This document shows positions 29,143-39,630 of a stretch of 64,000 bases of DNA, piece after piece. The DNA comes from an uncultured Alphaproteobacteria bacterium (GTDB lineage: Bacteria; Pseudomonadota; Alphaproteobacteria; Rhizobiales; Xanthobacteraceae). Position 1 is the stretch's first letter. Each line of letters starts with the position of its first letter. The notes beneath the pieces are model-generated. The model saw nothing but the letters and a program-made list of their open reading frames with translations. It did no database searches and had not been told where the DNA came from. The DNA lies in assembly GCA_963746235.1 (NCBI GenBank), contig CAVVCE010000007.1, positions 19,854-83,853 of the forward strand, written 5' to 3'. Both the position numbers and the translations under genes were made by a program.

Positions 29143-30240
29143 ATGAAGCACCTTGCGACGGTGGATAAAGCGGTTATCGCCGCATCGATTGCTGGGGTGG
29201 GACTTGCGATCGCTATCACGGGCTGTGGCTTCTTGCTCGGCAGATGGGTTTACTCCACGCCAAACTTCGCGCTGGAATCGGCGTCGGGGGACGTTGTGGC
29301 AAGGTCTGCCTCGGCCGCAGTCGGCACCCTGGCAGCCGCGCCCACGGCAGATGAAACAACGGGCACCCTTCGGCTGATTGCGCCAGTCGCGGTTTCCGCA
29401 ATTGCGCAGGCACCCAAGGCGGAAGCCCTCCCAAATCTTGTAACCCCCGTTTGCCTCAATCCGAACGCCATGGGCGTCGCCAGGGTGGTTGAGATCGACA
29501 CGACCGGCGGACCAGGTTTCGGATTCCAGCACTTCAAGTCCTACGATTTTCTGAACGATCGAGAAGTGGTGCTGACCTTCGACGACGGTCCCTGGCTCGG
29601 CCACACGCCGGCGGTGCTCAAGGCGCTCGCCGACCAATGTGTGCGTGCGACGTTCTTTTCAATCGGCAAGCATGCGACCTATTATCCTGAAATCCTCAAG
29701 AGGGTTGTCGCCGCCGGCCATACCATCGGCAGCCACACCTGGTCCCATGCCGATCTGCAGGCAACCGTAAGAAATGAGGGTCTTGAGGCCGCCAAGGAGC
29801 AATTCGAAAAGGGCGCCAGCGCGGTGCGGATGATGGCCGGAGTGCCGATCGCGCCGTTCTTCCGCTTCCCCGACCTGCGCCACCCGCCGGAAATGCTCAC
29901 TTATCTCGGCGAGCGCAACGTCGCGAGCTTCTCCACCGACGTCGATTCCTGGGACTTCAAGATCAAGAAGCCTGAAGAGCTCACGAAGGCCCTGATGGGA
30001 AAGCTGCGTAAAGCAGGGAAGGGCATCGTTCTGATGCACGACTTTCAGAAGGTGACGTCAATCGCGCTTCCGCAAATCCTCGAGCAGCTTCACCAGGAAG
30101 GCTTCAAGGTCGTGCACATCGTGCCGAAAGAGATGCTCAATACACTGCCACAATACGACGAGGCGGTGCTCAAGGAGAACAAGCTTCCGACTTTGATGAG
30201 CCGGCGGTCGGCCAGCGTGGTGCGAACCATCCCTCAGTGA
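29143..30240 (+). CDS. Polysaccharide deacetylase (NodB homology domain), membrane-anchored
   Basis: N-terminal TM/lipobox-like AIAITGC. NodB motifs LTFDDGP, HTWSH, LMHD. Confidence 0.85.
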   Translation: MKHLATVDKAVIAASIAGVGLAIAITGCGFLLGRWVYSTPNFALESASGDVVARSASAAVGTLAAAPTADETTGTLRLIAPVAVSAIAQAPKAEALPNLVTPVCLNPNAMGVARVVEIDTTGGPGFGFQHFKSYDFLNDREVVLTFDDGPWLGHTPAVLKALADQCVRATFFSIGKHATYYPEILKRVVAAGHTIGSHTWSHADLQATVRNEGLEAAKEQFEKGASAVRMMAGVPIAPFFRFPDLRHPPEMLTYLGERNVASFSTDVDSWDFKIKKPEELTKALMGKLRKAGKGIVLMHDFQKVTSIALPQILEQLHQEGFKVVHIVPKEMLNTLPQYDEAVLKENKLPTLMSRRSASVVRTIPQ

Positions 30241-30316
30241 TTCTCCCGCATGCTCGCCGGCCGCTCGTCGACAGCCTTTTGAGATGGGTGGCTGACCAAA
30301 AGCCTGAGGCCAGCCG

Positions 30317-31810
30317 ATGGGCACGCCGCTTCAAGTTCTCGCGTTCTTCCTGCTGGGGGCGCTCGCAGTCGTCGCCGCAAAGGAGGGTGGCGGGCCGCGT
30401 CGCCCCTCGTGGCGCCTAACTGCGACAGGCTCGCTTCGCCATACCGACGTTCCTGGCACGTCATCAACAGTCGATGCCGACGCTGGCCCGCTGAGCATTC
30501 CGAATGCTGCGCTGGAGCCGGTTGGGTGGGGCGACCTCGACGGCTGGACGAGCGACGATCACGCTGTTGCGTTTGCGACGTTCAATGCAAGTTGTCGTGC
30601 GATCGTGCGCGCGGTCGCTTTCCGCGCAGAATCCGCGACCGATCACGCAGCAGATCCCCGACCGGTACGCGCCGCACTCGAGCAGGTCTGTAGCCGTGCG
30701 GTCAAGGCTGGCGGACTCGGTTCCGAGGCGGCGCGGCAGTTCTTCGAGACCAATTTCGTGCCGGTGCGAATCCGCAAGCTCGGAGATCCCGCGGGCTTCG
30801 TCACTGGTTATTACGATCCGATCGTCGATGGCTCGCGATTCCCGACCAGGGAATTCACGGTGCCTTTATACCGTCGTCCTCGCGACCTCGTGGCGCAGGG
30901 AGTCCCCGAAGGCGGGCCGTCACCCAACACCGGACGCGTCTTCCGACGCACGCCGACCGGCAAGCTCGTGCCGTATTACGATCGCGCGGAGATCGAGGAT
31001 GGGGCACTCGACGGTCGACACCTCGAAATCTGTTGGTTGCGCACCGCGGCGGAGGCGCTGTCGATCGAGATGGAGGGATCAGGACGTGTCCGCCTCGAGG
31101 ACGGCTCGATGCTGCGCATCAGCTATGACGCCCACAATGGTTATTCCTACGTCCCGGCCGGTCGGGTGCTGATCGAGCGCCACTTGATGCCGCGAGAGGA
31201 TGCGTCGGCGCAACGCATCCACCAATGGATGCACGACCATCCCGAAGGGGCCAAGGAGGTCCGTCGGCAGAATCGTCAGACCGTGTTCTTCCGCATCGTC
31301 GGCTTGGACGACGACACAGAGACGATTGGCGGACAAGGCATTCCGCTGTCGCCTGGCCGTTCGATCGCGGTTGACCAGGCCTTGCACAGATATGGCACGC
31401 CGTTCTTCATCGAGGCCGATCTGCCGCTCGCGAGCCCAGTCAACCGGTCGTCGTTTCGTCGTATCATGATCGCACAGGACACCGGTTCTGCGATCGTCGG
31501 GCCGGCACGGGCAGACCTCTATTTTGGCGCCGGGAACGAAGCGGGCCGGGTGGCCGAGCGCATTCGGCAGAACGGGCGTTTTACCATCTTGCTGCCGCGC
31601 GAAATTGATCCGACTGCGGCCGGCGCGCGTATGCCGCTGCCGCCGGTGAAGGCTCTGCGATCGGAGCCCGCAATCCAACCTGCCACGAATCTCGCTGGGT
31701 CAGGTGAGCGCGGCGGTGGCATAGCCGCTGCTGCGAAGCACGAAAACGCCCGACGGGAACTGGTCACATCGACGCGCGACCGGCGGGCGGATCTCCCGCA
31801 AAACCCGTAG
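30317..31810 (+). CDS. mltA: Murein transglycosylase A (MltA + 3D domains)
   Basis: FFETNFVPV, GYYDPIVDGS, EGSGRVRLEDGS, SIAVDQALHRYGTPFFIE, IAQDTGSAIVGPARADLYFG. Confidence 0.85.
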   Translation: MGTPLQVLAFFLLGALAVVAAKEGGGPRRPSWRLTATGSLRHTDVPGTSSTVDADAGPLSIPNAALEPVGWGDLDGWTSDDHAVAFATFNASCRAIVRAVAFRAESATDHAADPRPVRAALEQVCSRAVKAGGLGSEAARQFFETNFVPVRIRKLGDPAGFVTGYYDPIVDGSRFPTREFTVPLYRRPRDLVAQGVPEGGPSPNTGRVFRRTPTGKLVPYYDRAEIEDGALDGRHLEICWLRTAAEALSIEMEGSGRVRLEDGSMLRISYDAHNGYSYVPAGRVLIERHLMPREDASAQRIHQWMHDHPEGAKEVRRQNRQTVFFRIVGLDDDTETIGGQGIPLSPGRSIAVDQALHRYGTPFFIEADLPLASPVNRSSFRRIMIAQDTGSAIVGPARADLYFGAGNEAGRVAERIRQNGRFTILLPREIDPTAAGARMPLPPVKALRSEPAIQPATNLAGSGERGGGIAAAAKHENARRELVTSTRDRRADLPQNP

Positions 31811-31848
31811 GCGGCAATGTGATCCTGCTTGTGGTCGTCCCCGTACGC

Positions 31849-32511
31849 TCAATCGTCCCTATGAGCCGTGCTGATCTTCGAAGCGGCGACTCTCTTGTTC
31901 GCGACGAACAGCACCGCACCAATTATCAGCGCGAGCGCGCCGCCGAACAGTTGTCGGAAGGTAGCGCTGGCCAGCATCAGCAACGACACCGCTATCTCGA
32001 GTACCGGTCCCAGCGTGCCCATCGGGACTACGAGCAGAGCCGGTCCTACCGCGCCACCGAACGTCTGTGACGCAATCGGATCGCCGCTGTGCTGACGCTG
32101 ATGTAAGTCACGAGCCGCGCGATTGCGCTCGCGACGGCCAAGATGGAGAACGATCCCGATAATGCGAGCCCCAGTGCCAATATCGCCGTCAAGATAACCG
32201 CGTTTGATGGTTATAGTAGCCCATGTAGAGCTCCGAAGAACCAGCTCTCCGTTTTCTGCCAACGCGAAGAGCACGCGGGACCCCGTCAGCACCGTGCCCA
32301 TGTTATTGCCGGTCATCGCGATTACCGTGCCTCCGCTGATCAGGAGCGCCCCGGCGGCCCCCATGAATAGCAAAGACGCGTCTGCGAACGGTGTTGCCGA
32401 TGTCGACACATTAGGCAGCGTCCCCATCGCGACGATCTGCGCCAAAGTCGTGACGACCGTGCCGTCCTCAATACTGGCCCGCGAGACTGACCTGCGTTCC
32501 GCCACCAGCAC
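31849..32511 (-). pseudogene. Amino-acid permease (APC family) C-terminal remnant
   Basis: Permease-like stretches GGTVIAMTGNNMGTVLTGSRVLFALAENGEL and PVLEIAVSLLMLASATFRQLFGGALALIIGAVLF are separated by non-membrane junk. The N-terminal two thirds are absent. Confidence 0.45.
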
Positions 32512-33577
32512 CTGTCAGATCCCACTTCAGGAAGCTATTGTCGGTGGTGGTGTGAAGGGAGACCCAGTGACCAGGCAGAACGATTCCCTGCCAATGCTGA
32601 ATCCAATAGCAGGTCGGTCCGCCAATGCAGAACGGAGTGGTGCAGGCGCAATACCAGTAGTATCCCGTCATCGTCGCGTTGACGGTCCCTTCCGATCCCA
32701 CCATGGCGATTCCGGTTCCTTGATTCACTTTGTGGTCCGTACTGCCAACGGCCCAATCCCAACCTTGAGCACAGAACTGGGAGCCGTTGCAGAAAGTCTC
32801 TCGGAACCAGGCCTGTTCAGAGGCATCGCGGACCTGAATGCCGGCCCCAGCACCGCCATCCCCCGAACCGCTGGCCCCGGCATCGAGCGGGGCAATCGTC
32901 GATTGGGCCATTCGCACCTGGGGGCGTCCGTGAGCGTCAAGGATCGTCTGCGGAACCGCCGACGAACTTCCAGCCACATGGCGATAGCAATCCAGGCAAC
33001 CCAGGCTCCGTACCTCGGGACCCACGGCCGGAACATGCACTCTGTTTCGCCCGACCTCGACCGTGCCGGTCCACCCCGGCTTGAACTCGACAAATTGCAG
33101 CGAATGCCCCTCCGCCAAGGAGAGTGAGGCTAAGACGACCGGCGGACTGGCCGAACCTATGCTACCATGCGGTCGGCCGTGCTGGGTCTGACCACCCATC
33201 CCGCCGCGCCAGGCGTGCTTTCCTGCTGCCTGGCCGGCTTGTCCCTCAACGGGTAGTGCAGCCATCCCGTGTTGGAAATGAGAACCCCGCTCGGAAATGC
33301 CGGCCAAAAGCGACGCCAGGACTATGGCCTCGGGACTCGTGCTCTGTTTTAGGGTAAGGCGTACGTACTCATGCGTGTGTTCCTGACACGGCGCCTTTCC
33401 CAACCAATCCACTTTCTCGATCATTTTGGCCGGAACTGGAATCCAATGCGCGCAGGACGCTCCCGGCGCAAACAGGATGACGTGCGGATCCTCGCCCTTT
33501 TTGGCCATCCCGGTTAGCACGATTGGCAATGTCGAAGACGCGAGTGCTTGGGCAAACTCTTCGCCGGTAAAAGACAT
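32468..33577 (-). CDS. Hypothetical protein with Cys/Trp/Tyr-rich C-terminal domain
   Basis: 369-aa intact ORF with no signal peptide. It has a Gly/Gln/His low-complexity linker and the C-terminus FCNGSQFCAQGWDWAV...GYYWYCACTTPFCIGGPTCYWIQHW. No family recognised. Confidence 0.55.
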   Translation of the reverse strand: MSFTGEEFAQALASSTLPIVLTGMAKKGEDPHVILFAPGASCAHWIPVPAKMIEKVDWLGKAPCQEHTHEYVRLTLKQSTSPEAIVLASLLAGISERGSHFQHGMAALPVEGQAGQAAGKHAWRGGMGGQTQHGRPHGSIGSASPPVVLASLSLAEGHSLQFVEFKPGWTGTVEVGRNRVHVPAVGPEVRSLGCLDCYRHVAGSSSAVPQTILDAHGRPQVRMAQSTIAPLDAGASGSGDGGAGAGIQVRDASEQAWFRETFCNGSQFCAQGWDWAVGSTDHKVNQGTGIAMVGSEGTVNATMTGYYWYCACTTPFCIGGPTCYWIQHWQGIVLPGHWVSLHTTTDNSFLKWDLTGAGGGTQVSLAGQY

Positions 33578-33682
33578 GGCAACCCTCCTTGAAAATCCTC
33601 GCGACGTGTCCAGGGCGGAAGCCCAGCCACGAGCCGATGAACGATGTAGTACCGTTGCGGAACGATCAGCGCGTCGGACAGG

Positions 33683-34726
33683 CTACGGCCAGATCGAATC
33701 GAGCAATTGAGCCAACCGGGCGCCCGCTTTGGCAAGCTGTTTTTCCTTCAGTCGATTCTCGCCCTTCGTGTAGGTGTCGGGATCGTCGAATTCGACAGAC
33801 CACTTGTGGGCGCCGGTACCCGCGAAACCGAGCCCGGTGAAAGCGGATTGCGCTGCGATGACCGTGTCACTGGCCCACACAGCGGCCCAGCTTTCCAGCT
33901 GCCCGGAAGTGCGCGGTACCGCTTTGGCCTCGGCGACCAGGGCTTCTTCGGCGCTATTGCCGAATCTATTTGGAATAGCGTCCCAGTCGGCATGCAAATT
34001 TCCGTGTTGCGTCTCGCTGATGCGATTGCCGCCGGCCGTTTCAGAGTTCTTATCGAATGTGCCTACATCTGGATTTACCGGACTACCCGCCGCGTCCAAA
34101 TAAATGGCGCCCACGTGCAGCGGCTGGTGCAGATCCCCCACAAAGTGCGCCAACAAGAACAATGCTTCTTTTTTGTCTTTGATCGAAAAAGGCAGCGGCG
34201 CCGAATTGTTCTGGAGTACCAGGATGATCGCATTGATAGCGCTCACCACGTCGTGGTCGCTCGTTCCAACATCCTTGCGATCATAGGTGTTGTGCTGAAT
34301 TGCTACGTCCGCGAAGTGAAATGCCTTGTGGCAATCGGTTGGCTTGTCCTCGTAGGTGCAATTGCTCCAGTTGCGGGAGACGTAGTCGACCATCCGCTGG
34401 GAGTCTGCTGCAAATGCCCGGCACGACGCTTCGAAATGTGGATCGGGCTTATACTCGAATGACCCATCGTGGCGACGCACCACATCTTTCGCGCAATCAG
34501 GCCATGTCGACGCAACCCGCAGCTCAAATCCCAGAATGTTTGCGACTTCTTGTTTCGCATGATCGTTCAAAAGCTGATCAGCAATGGACCCAACGACCTG
34601 GTGGCCTTCGGGGCCCCAGGCGAGCGCCGCTTGCGGTTGCGCGAAGATCAGGGCGAGAGCGATTCCGAGGAACGCCAAACCAGCATGCTGGCGTCCGAGA
34701 CTGATGCAAGATCGTGGCTTGGCCAT
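33683..34726 (-). CDS. Secreted S1/P1-family nuclease
   Basis: The signal peptide ends ...AQPQAALA followed by WGPEGH (mature N-terminal Trp). Motifs HFADV and FVGDLHQPLH. Confidence 0.85.
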   Translation of the reverse strand: MAKPRSCISLGRQHAGLAFLGIALALIFAQPQAALAWGPEGHQVVGSIADQLLNDHAKQEVANILGFELRVASTWPDCAKDVVRRHDGSFEYKPDPHFEASCRAFAADSQRMVDYVSRNWSNCTYEDKPTDCHKAFHFADVAIQHNTYDRKDVGTSDHDVVSAINAIILVLQNNSAPLPFSIKDKKEALFLLAHFVGDLHQPLHVGAIYLDAAGSPVNPDVGTFDKNSETAGGNRISETQHGNLHADWDAIPNRFGNSAEEALVAEAKAVPRTSGQLESWAAVWASDTVIAAQSAFTGLGFAGTGAHKWSVEFDDPDTYTKGENRLKEKQLAKAGARLAQLLDSIWP

Positions 34727-35068
34727 GATTTTCCCCTTTGGACGTCGGACGGTCGAACGCCCCATTGTCTGCGACAGACGACGAATCGAATGTGAACTAC
34801 CGCACACAATTAGAGGGCAGCGGGCCATCGGGTTCGCTTGGCAGCGAACCCCGTCGGTCCCGGTTCTCAACCGTTCCCTACCTGCAGCCTGGTCGGGCGG
34901 CGCCATGAAAAGCTGTACGGCCCGGCCGGGCGGCGTGCCGTACCGGCGCCGAGTTACCGAAGACGGCAACCGCCGGTCGCCGCCTCCACGCAAGTTCGCC
35001 GCGACATCTCGGCGCCGTTGACGCTCTCAGCTCTCAGCGAGGAAGGCTTGGTTCTCTGCCCCCGGGGC

Positions 35069-35290
35069 TCAAATTTTTCGTCGTGACGTCGCTTCATGGC
35101 GGGCGGCTTGATTTGGATCGACGGGAAACCCGTTTTGGCGGATGCCCTCGAGCGGCCACGCGGCGGCCGAGGCGGTGGCGGGATAGCGAACGGCCCAGTA
35201 ATAGCCGCGGCGAGTGAACAGGCACACGGCCGCGCCATCCCGGCGCACAATCAGCCGGTAGCCGTCTGCTTGACCTCGTGAGGTGGCGCG
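35069..35290 (-). pseudogene. ATP-dependent DNA ligase fragment (adenylation motif I region)
   Basis: GQADGYRLIVRRDGAAVCLFTRRGYYWAVRYP resembles KxDGYR...RLFSRNG.DWT.RFP. The motif-I Lys is replaced by Gln. About 70 aa only. Confidence 0.45.
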
Positions 35291-35372
35291 GCATTCATTT
35301 GGAACTTTTCGCGGCAGCCGGGAGTTCTTTGCTGCGATCAGTGTCCTCGATCGGTTTCTCAGGAGCAAAAAG

Positions 35373-35606
35373 ATGAATAAGATTTTTGGGTGCGCCGCGA
35401 TTGCGATCGCGTGTCTCGCCATAATAGCACCAGCCGAGGCCAAAGGATGCATCAAGGGCGCATTGGTGGGAGGCGCCGCGGGGCATTTTGCCGGACATCA
35501 TGGTCTTATCGGCGCTGCCGCCGGTTGCGCGATCGGCCACCACGAGGCAAACAAGCCCCAGCGCACTCAACCGACAACGACCGGCAGCGCCCCACAGCCT
35601 AAGTGA
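35373..35606 (+). CDS. Small secreted glycine-zipper protein
   Basis: RBS AGGAG. MNKIFGCAAIAIACLAIIAPAEA signal, then GALVGGAAGHFAGHHGLIGAAAGCAIG. Confidence 0.6.
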   Translation: MNKIFGCAAIAIACLAIIAPAEAKGCIKGALVGGAAGHFAGHHGLIGAAAGCAIGHHEANKPQRTQPTTTGSAPQPK

Positions 35607-35864
35607 CCGTCATGGGTCCGTTTCCGTCAAACTACCGTGCCTGTCGCGACGCGCTTAGATAGAGAGCATCAGCGACAGTCACGTGGAATACGCCGACGCC
35701 GCTGGCGTTCCGAGGCGGTTAAGATCGAGCGACTACTGGAAGTGCATGGCGTCCGCCACCGCCTCCCCTTAGTCTGTGATCCTCCACTGCAACAAGAGCA
35801 TCGCAATATCTCTGGGGCCTCGAACGATTTGATTCCGACCTTCAACACCGACAACTTGCTTCCC

Positions 35865-36713
35865 TTACGGAGAACAAGGGAGGTGACCCGTAGCGTCGCC
35901 ATGGCGGCTGATGGTTCTGTTTGCTCGACTGTAGCCGTGCCCCCAATTGCGCTTAATGCCCAATAGCCACCCTTCGAGCCGAGGATCGGAGCCGCCGCAG
36001 AGCGTACCTAGGCCGCGATCGATGACGATCGCCTGGGCGCTTCCCATGAAACTGCGCAGAAAGTCGTGTGGCTGCAGCCAATCGGCTGGCGGGGCTTCGC
36101 CGGGGATGATCTCGTGGCCAAATGAAGGGAGACGCGCGATGACATCGGCGGAAACGTCGATTCGATCGAGATGCGGTTGCCCCTGAGAACGCGCACGCGA
36201 GAGGCATCGATCGCCTGCTGCGGGCTCATGCCGGTCGATCATATTAACCAGTATCTGCACTTGGCCTTGTGGTTGCATAGGCGCCCATGCGGCCGAAAGT
36301 CGTGCGAAGGTCGTCCCGCGGGAAGAATGCTATGTCGAGGCCGCTTGCCTGGCGCGATCGCGTTGGGATGTCCAGGTTCCGGTAGAACTCGGCCGCCCGA
36401 TTATGAAGGATGATGCCGGTGTCACCGGCCACTATGCCCGCGCCGAAAATGTCCGAAATGCTGGTGATGAAGGAGACGGCATTGCGGTCTTTGTCGACCA
36501 CGGTGAAGTAAGTCGTATTGCCGCGAAGCGCGCCCGCAGTCGGCGCCGGGCCCGGTCTATGCGGATCAGGCCCCGCCGCGATGTGATGAATGCATCGGAG
36601 AGCAATTGGTCGACATCGACGTGTCCAAAACGCGGGTCGCCAATGTGGCGGCGGGCATCAAGTTGTAGTCGGGGCGCCGATTCGAACTCATTGTCTGCGA
36701 CTGAATTGGTCAT
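35865..36713 (-). pseudogene. Gamma-glutamyltransferase, N-terminally truncated and multiply frameshifted
   Basis: Three overlapping minus-strand ORFs carry GGT blocks: VVDKDRNAVSFITSISDIFGAGIVAGDTGIILHNR and GSAQAIVIDRGLGTLCGGSDPRLEGW. Confidence 0.7.
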
Positions 36714-37119
36714 CGTCTGCCGCAGAGCTTCGTGGCCGGCGTCGGCAGAGAGGCCCAGCCGCTCGGAACGAGTTCGGGTTCGTGCGGCGAATTTGCAGAT
36801 TCGACGCTACGGCTTGACCCGCTTCCCGCGAAGGCAGCGGTGTGGCCGTTTGTTGCATCCGTTCGGAAGCAATCGGTAGTGAATTTGAGAGTATTGATTT
36901 GGACTGATCGACCCACGGGAAACGCGCAGCCCCCCGCCTCCACCGACCGGGTGGTGTTCTAATTCGAGGACACCTTCACTGAGCGACGATACTTGATAAT
37001 CAGCGCTGGCTGATACAGGATGCTTTTGGGTGGTCCGGCGAAGAGGTCAAGTCAGGCCGTAAACGACGGTATCGTGGGGAGCTTCCCGCAGTTGCTGGCA
37101 GCCAACGCTAGGATAATCC

Positions 37120-38121
37120 GTGGAGATCACGAGGCGTAGCATGCTTGTCGGTGCTGCCGTTGCGGGGGGCGTCGCTACCTCCGCGCTTGCGGAGTGGGCA
37201 CCGAACCCGATCTATCCTGATCCAGCCTTCAAGGTGCTCGATCCGAGCTTTCTCAAATACCGCCCTACCGTCGTCGGCGTCGAGCGGCTCGCCACTGGTC
37301 TGTCCTGGAGCGAGGGACCAGTCTGGTTTGGCGACGGACGATATCTGATCTGGAGCGACATTCCCAACAACCGGCTAATGCGCTGGGAAGAGGCAACAGG
37401 CGCCGTCGGGGAATTCCGAAACCCTTCAAACCAAGCGAACGGCAACACGCGCGACCGCCAGGGCCGCCTGATTTCTTGCGAGCACCGCACCCGCCGTGTC
37501 ACCCGTACCGAATACAACGGCGAGATTACGGTGCTGGCCGACCGGTTCGAGGGCAAACGGCTCAATTCGCCAAACGACGTGGTGGTAAAATCAGACGATT
37601 CGATCTGGTTCACCGATCCGCCTTACGGCATTCTCAACAACTTCCTTGGGAGTGTTGAAGATCAAGAGCTACCGATGAACGTCTATCGCCTCGACAAGAC
37701 TGGGCGTCTCGCCGTGGTAGCCGAGGGCATCAAAATGCCCGACGGGCTCGCCTTCTCGCCCGACGAAAAGACGCTCTACATCATCGAGGATGGTTCGATG
37801 CCGCCTGCGATCCGGGCCTATGACGTGGTGGGGGACGGCGCGCGCCTCGCCAACGGCCGCGTGTTCATCGGTATCGAAAAGGGCCGTGGAGACGGCTTGC
37901 GCGTCGACGTCGATGGAAATCTGTGGTGCGGATGGGCTCTCGATGGCCTCGATGGCGTCATGATCTTCAATAAGGCCGGGGCACCTATCGGCCACATCGA
38001 GCTGCCAGAGCGTTGCGCCAATGTTTGCTTCGGTGGTTATCGCAGGAGCCGCCTGTTTATGGCGGCCAGCCGATCTCTCTATGCGGTGTGGGTCGGTACA
38101 TCCGGGGCGCCCGGAGGATGA
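37120..38121 (+). CDS. SMP-30/gluconolactonase/LRE-family protein with Tat-like signal
   Basis: RRSMLVGAAVAGGVATSALA, SEGPVWFGDGRYLIWSDIPNNR, NSPNDVVVKSDDSIWFTDP, PDGLAFSPDEKTLY. Confidence 0.85.
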   Translation: MEITRRSMLVGAAVAGGVATSALAEWAPNPIYPDPAFKVLDPSFLKYRPTVVGVERLATGLSWSEGPVWFGDGRYLIWSDIPNNRLMRWEEATGAVGEFRNPSNQANGNTRDRQGRLISCEHRTRRVTRTEYNGEITVLADRFEGKRLNSPNDVVVKSDDSIWFTDPPYGILNNFLGSVEDQELPMNVYRLDKTGRLAVVAEGIKMPDGLAFSPDEKTLYIIEDGSMPPAIRAYDVVGDGARLANGRVFIGIEKGRGDGLRVDVDGNLWCGWALDGLDGVMIFNKAGAPIGHIELPERCANVCFGGYRRSRLFMAASRSLYAVWVGTSGAPGG

Positions 38122-38717
38122 GGGCCCGCCGCGCTCGACTTTGCTAAGCCGCAGTCGCGCCGACGAGGTGACCGAGTAAGTCGCAACTTCGCCTTTGGGT
38201 CAGTGGAAACGCACACAGCCTCGGTCAACAACAGCGACCCAAAAGCGCTCGGGAGGTGTCGCGTGTGCCGCAATCGCTTCACACCTTTGTGCGCTGCACC
38301 GTGGACCAACCGTACGACAAAGTCATCAAGGCGGTGTAAGATTTAGGACGTCGGCGATGGCGCAACGCATCCGTCGTCCGCGGGCGCATCTACTGATGAC
38401 TGACCAGCCGTAATGGAGTGCGGAGCATGGTCACCGCAATCATCAGCGTCCTCCTGCTGTTAGTCCCAACCGATGCTGTTGGCAGGTCGTCTCCCTGAAA
38501 GCCGAGGACGCTCGGTAAGGGGGTGGCGTGGCTGGCCTTCGCAATTGGGCCATTTGCGACGTTGGCTGTTTGGCTGCTTCCCCACCAACATCCCGGTGCC
38601 TGCTAGACGATCCTGTGAACGAATAAAACCTCGCCATCTCGTGCCTTGGCCGCGATCGTCACCATCCCGCCTAGTCCCGTGTCGGCGGCGACGCCAAGCG
38701 CATATTACGGCAGTCCG

Positions 38718-39269
38718 TCAATCCTTCCACTTAATCGAACAACCCATCGACGGCATCTGCTCTACCGGGCCGCGGCCCTTTTCTGCTACCTGCTTCATCG
38801 CCTCGAAGAGGTCGCGACGGACGTTTGGGATGGGTGTCGTTCGAGAGGCATCGAGCCTTCCGCGATACTGCAACTCGTCCCGTGCGTTGAAGCCAAAGAA
38901 ATCGGGCGTGCATTGGGCGCCGTAAGCGCGCGCCACCTCCTGCGTCTCGTCGATTACGTAGGGGAAGGTGAAGCCATGGCTGGCGGCAAATGCCTTCATG
39001 TTGTCGAAGGAGTCCTCCCTGTAGGTCGCGGTATCGTTCGGCATGATGGCGATGGTGCCGACACCAAACTCGCTCAGTGCCCCTGCCTCCTGCACAATCC
39101 GGCCAATGCTGGATTTCACATAAGGACAGTGATTGCAGATGAAAATGACGAGCGTACCCTTCGCCCCACGCACATCGGAGAGCGAATAGGCCTTTCCGTC
39201 GACACCCTTGAGCGCGAACTCGCGCGCCCTCCAGCCGAAAGCGCAGATGCTGTTCTGCGTTGGTGCCAT
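38718..39269 (-). CDS. Thioredoxin-fold redoxin (AhpC/TSA-like thiol-disulfide oxidoreductase)
   Basis: 183 aa: TLVIFICNHCPYV (CxxC-type motif), FPYVIDETQEVARAYGAQCTPDFF. Confidence 0.8.
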   Translation of the reverse strand: MAPTQNSICAFGWRAREFALKGVDGKAYSLSDVRGAKGTLVIFICNHCPYVKSSIGRIVQEAGALSEFGVGTIAIMPNDTATYREDSFDNMKAFAASHGFTFPYVIDETQEVARAYGAQCTPDFFGFNARDELQYRGRLDASRTTPIPNVRRDLFEAMKQVAEKGRGPVEQMPSMGCSIKWKD

Positions 39270-39630
39270 TACAAGTCCTCCACGACTGGCGACTTCCGGT
39301 CACTTCGTCACCCGATGAGAGCGCCAACCCCCTGCGCCCCACTCTGGCTGCACGGCGCAATCTGTTTTCGATCCACAGGCGCGCGGGTGAATGACGGTCG
39401 CCCGCCGCCCGCCAGTCAACCACCTGCCGGGCCACATCGCGGACTCATGGAGACGCCCACGAGGCGCATCTTGGACGATCGAGCCTTGCAGACAAGCGAC
39501 TTATCACAGCAAGTCTAGACAGAACATTCTTCTTTGTTCCTCCCGGCAACGTGCACACGGCTCCGCGGTTCAACGTGGCATGTGGCCTCTGAAACGGGGA
39601 TACGGCCATTCGGGGCGCCGCGAGGCTGTG

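Noticed and set aside
36668-36700. GAGTTCGAATC-like T-loop string (minus strand) as a possible tRNA
   Set aside because: The flanks cannot form T-stem or acceptor pairing, and it lies inside the GGT pseudogene.
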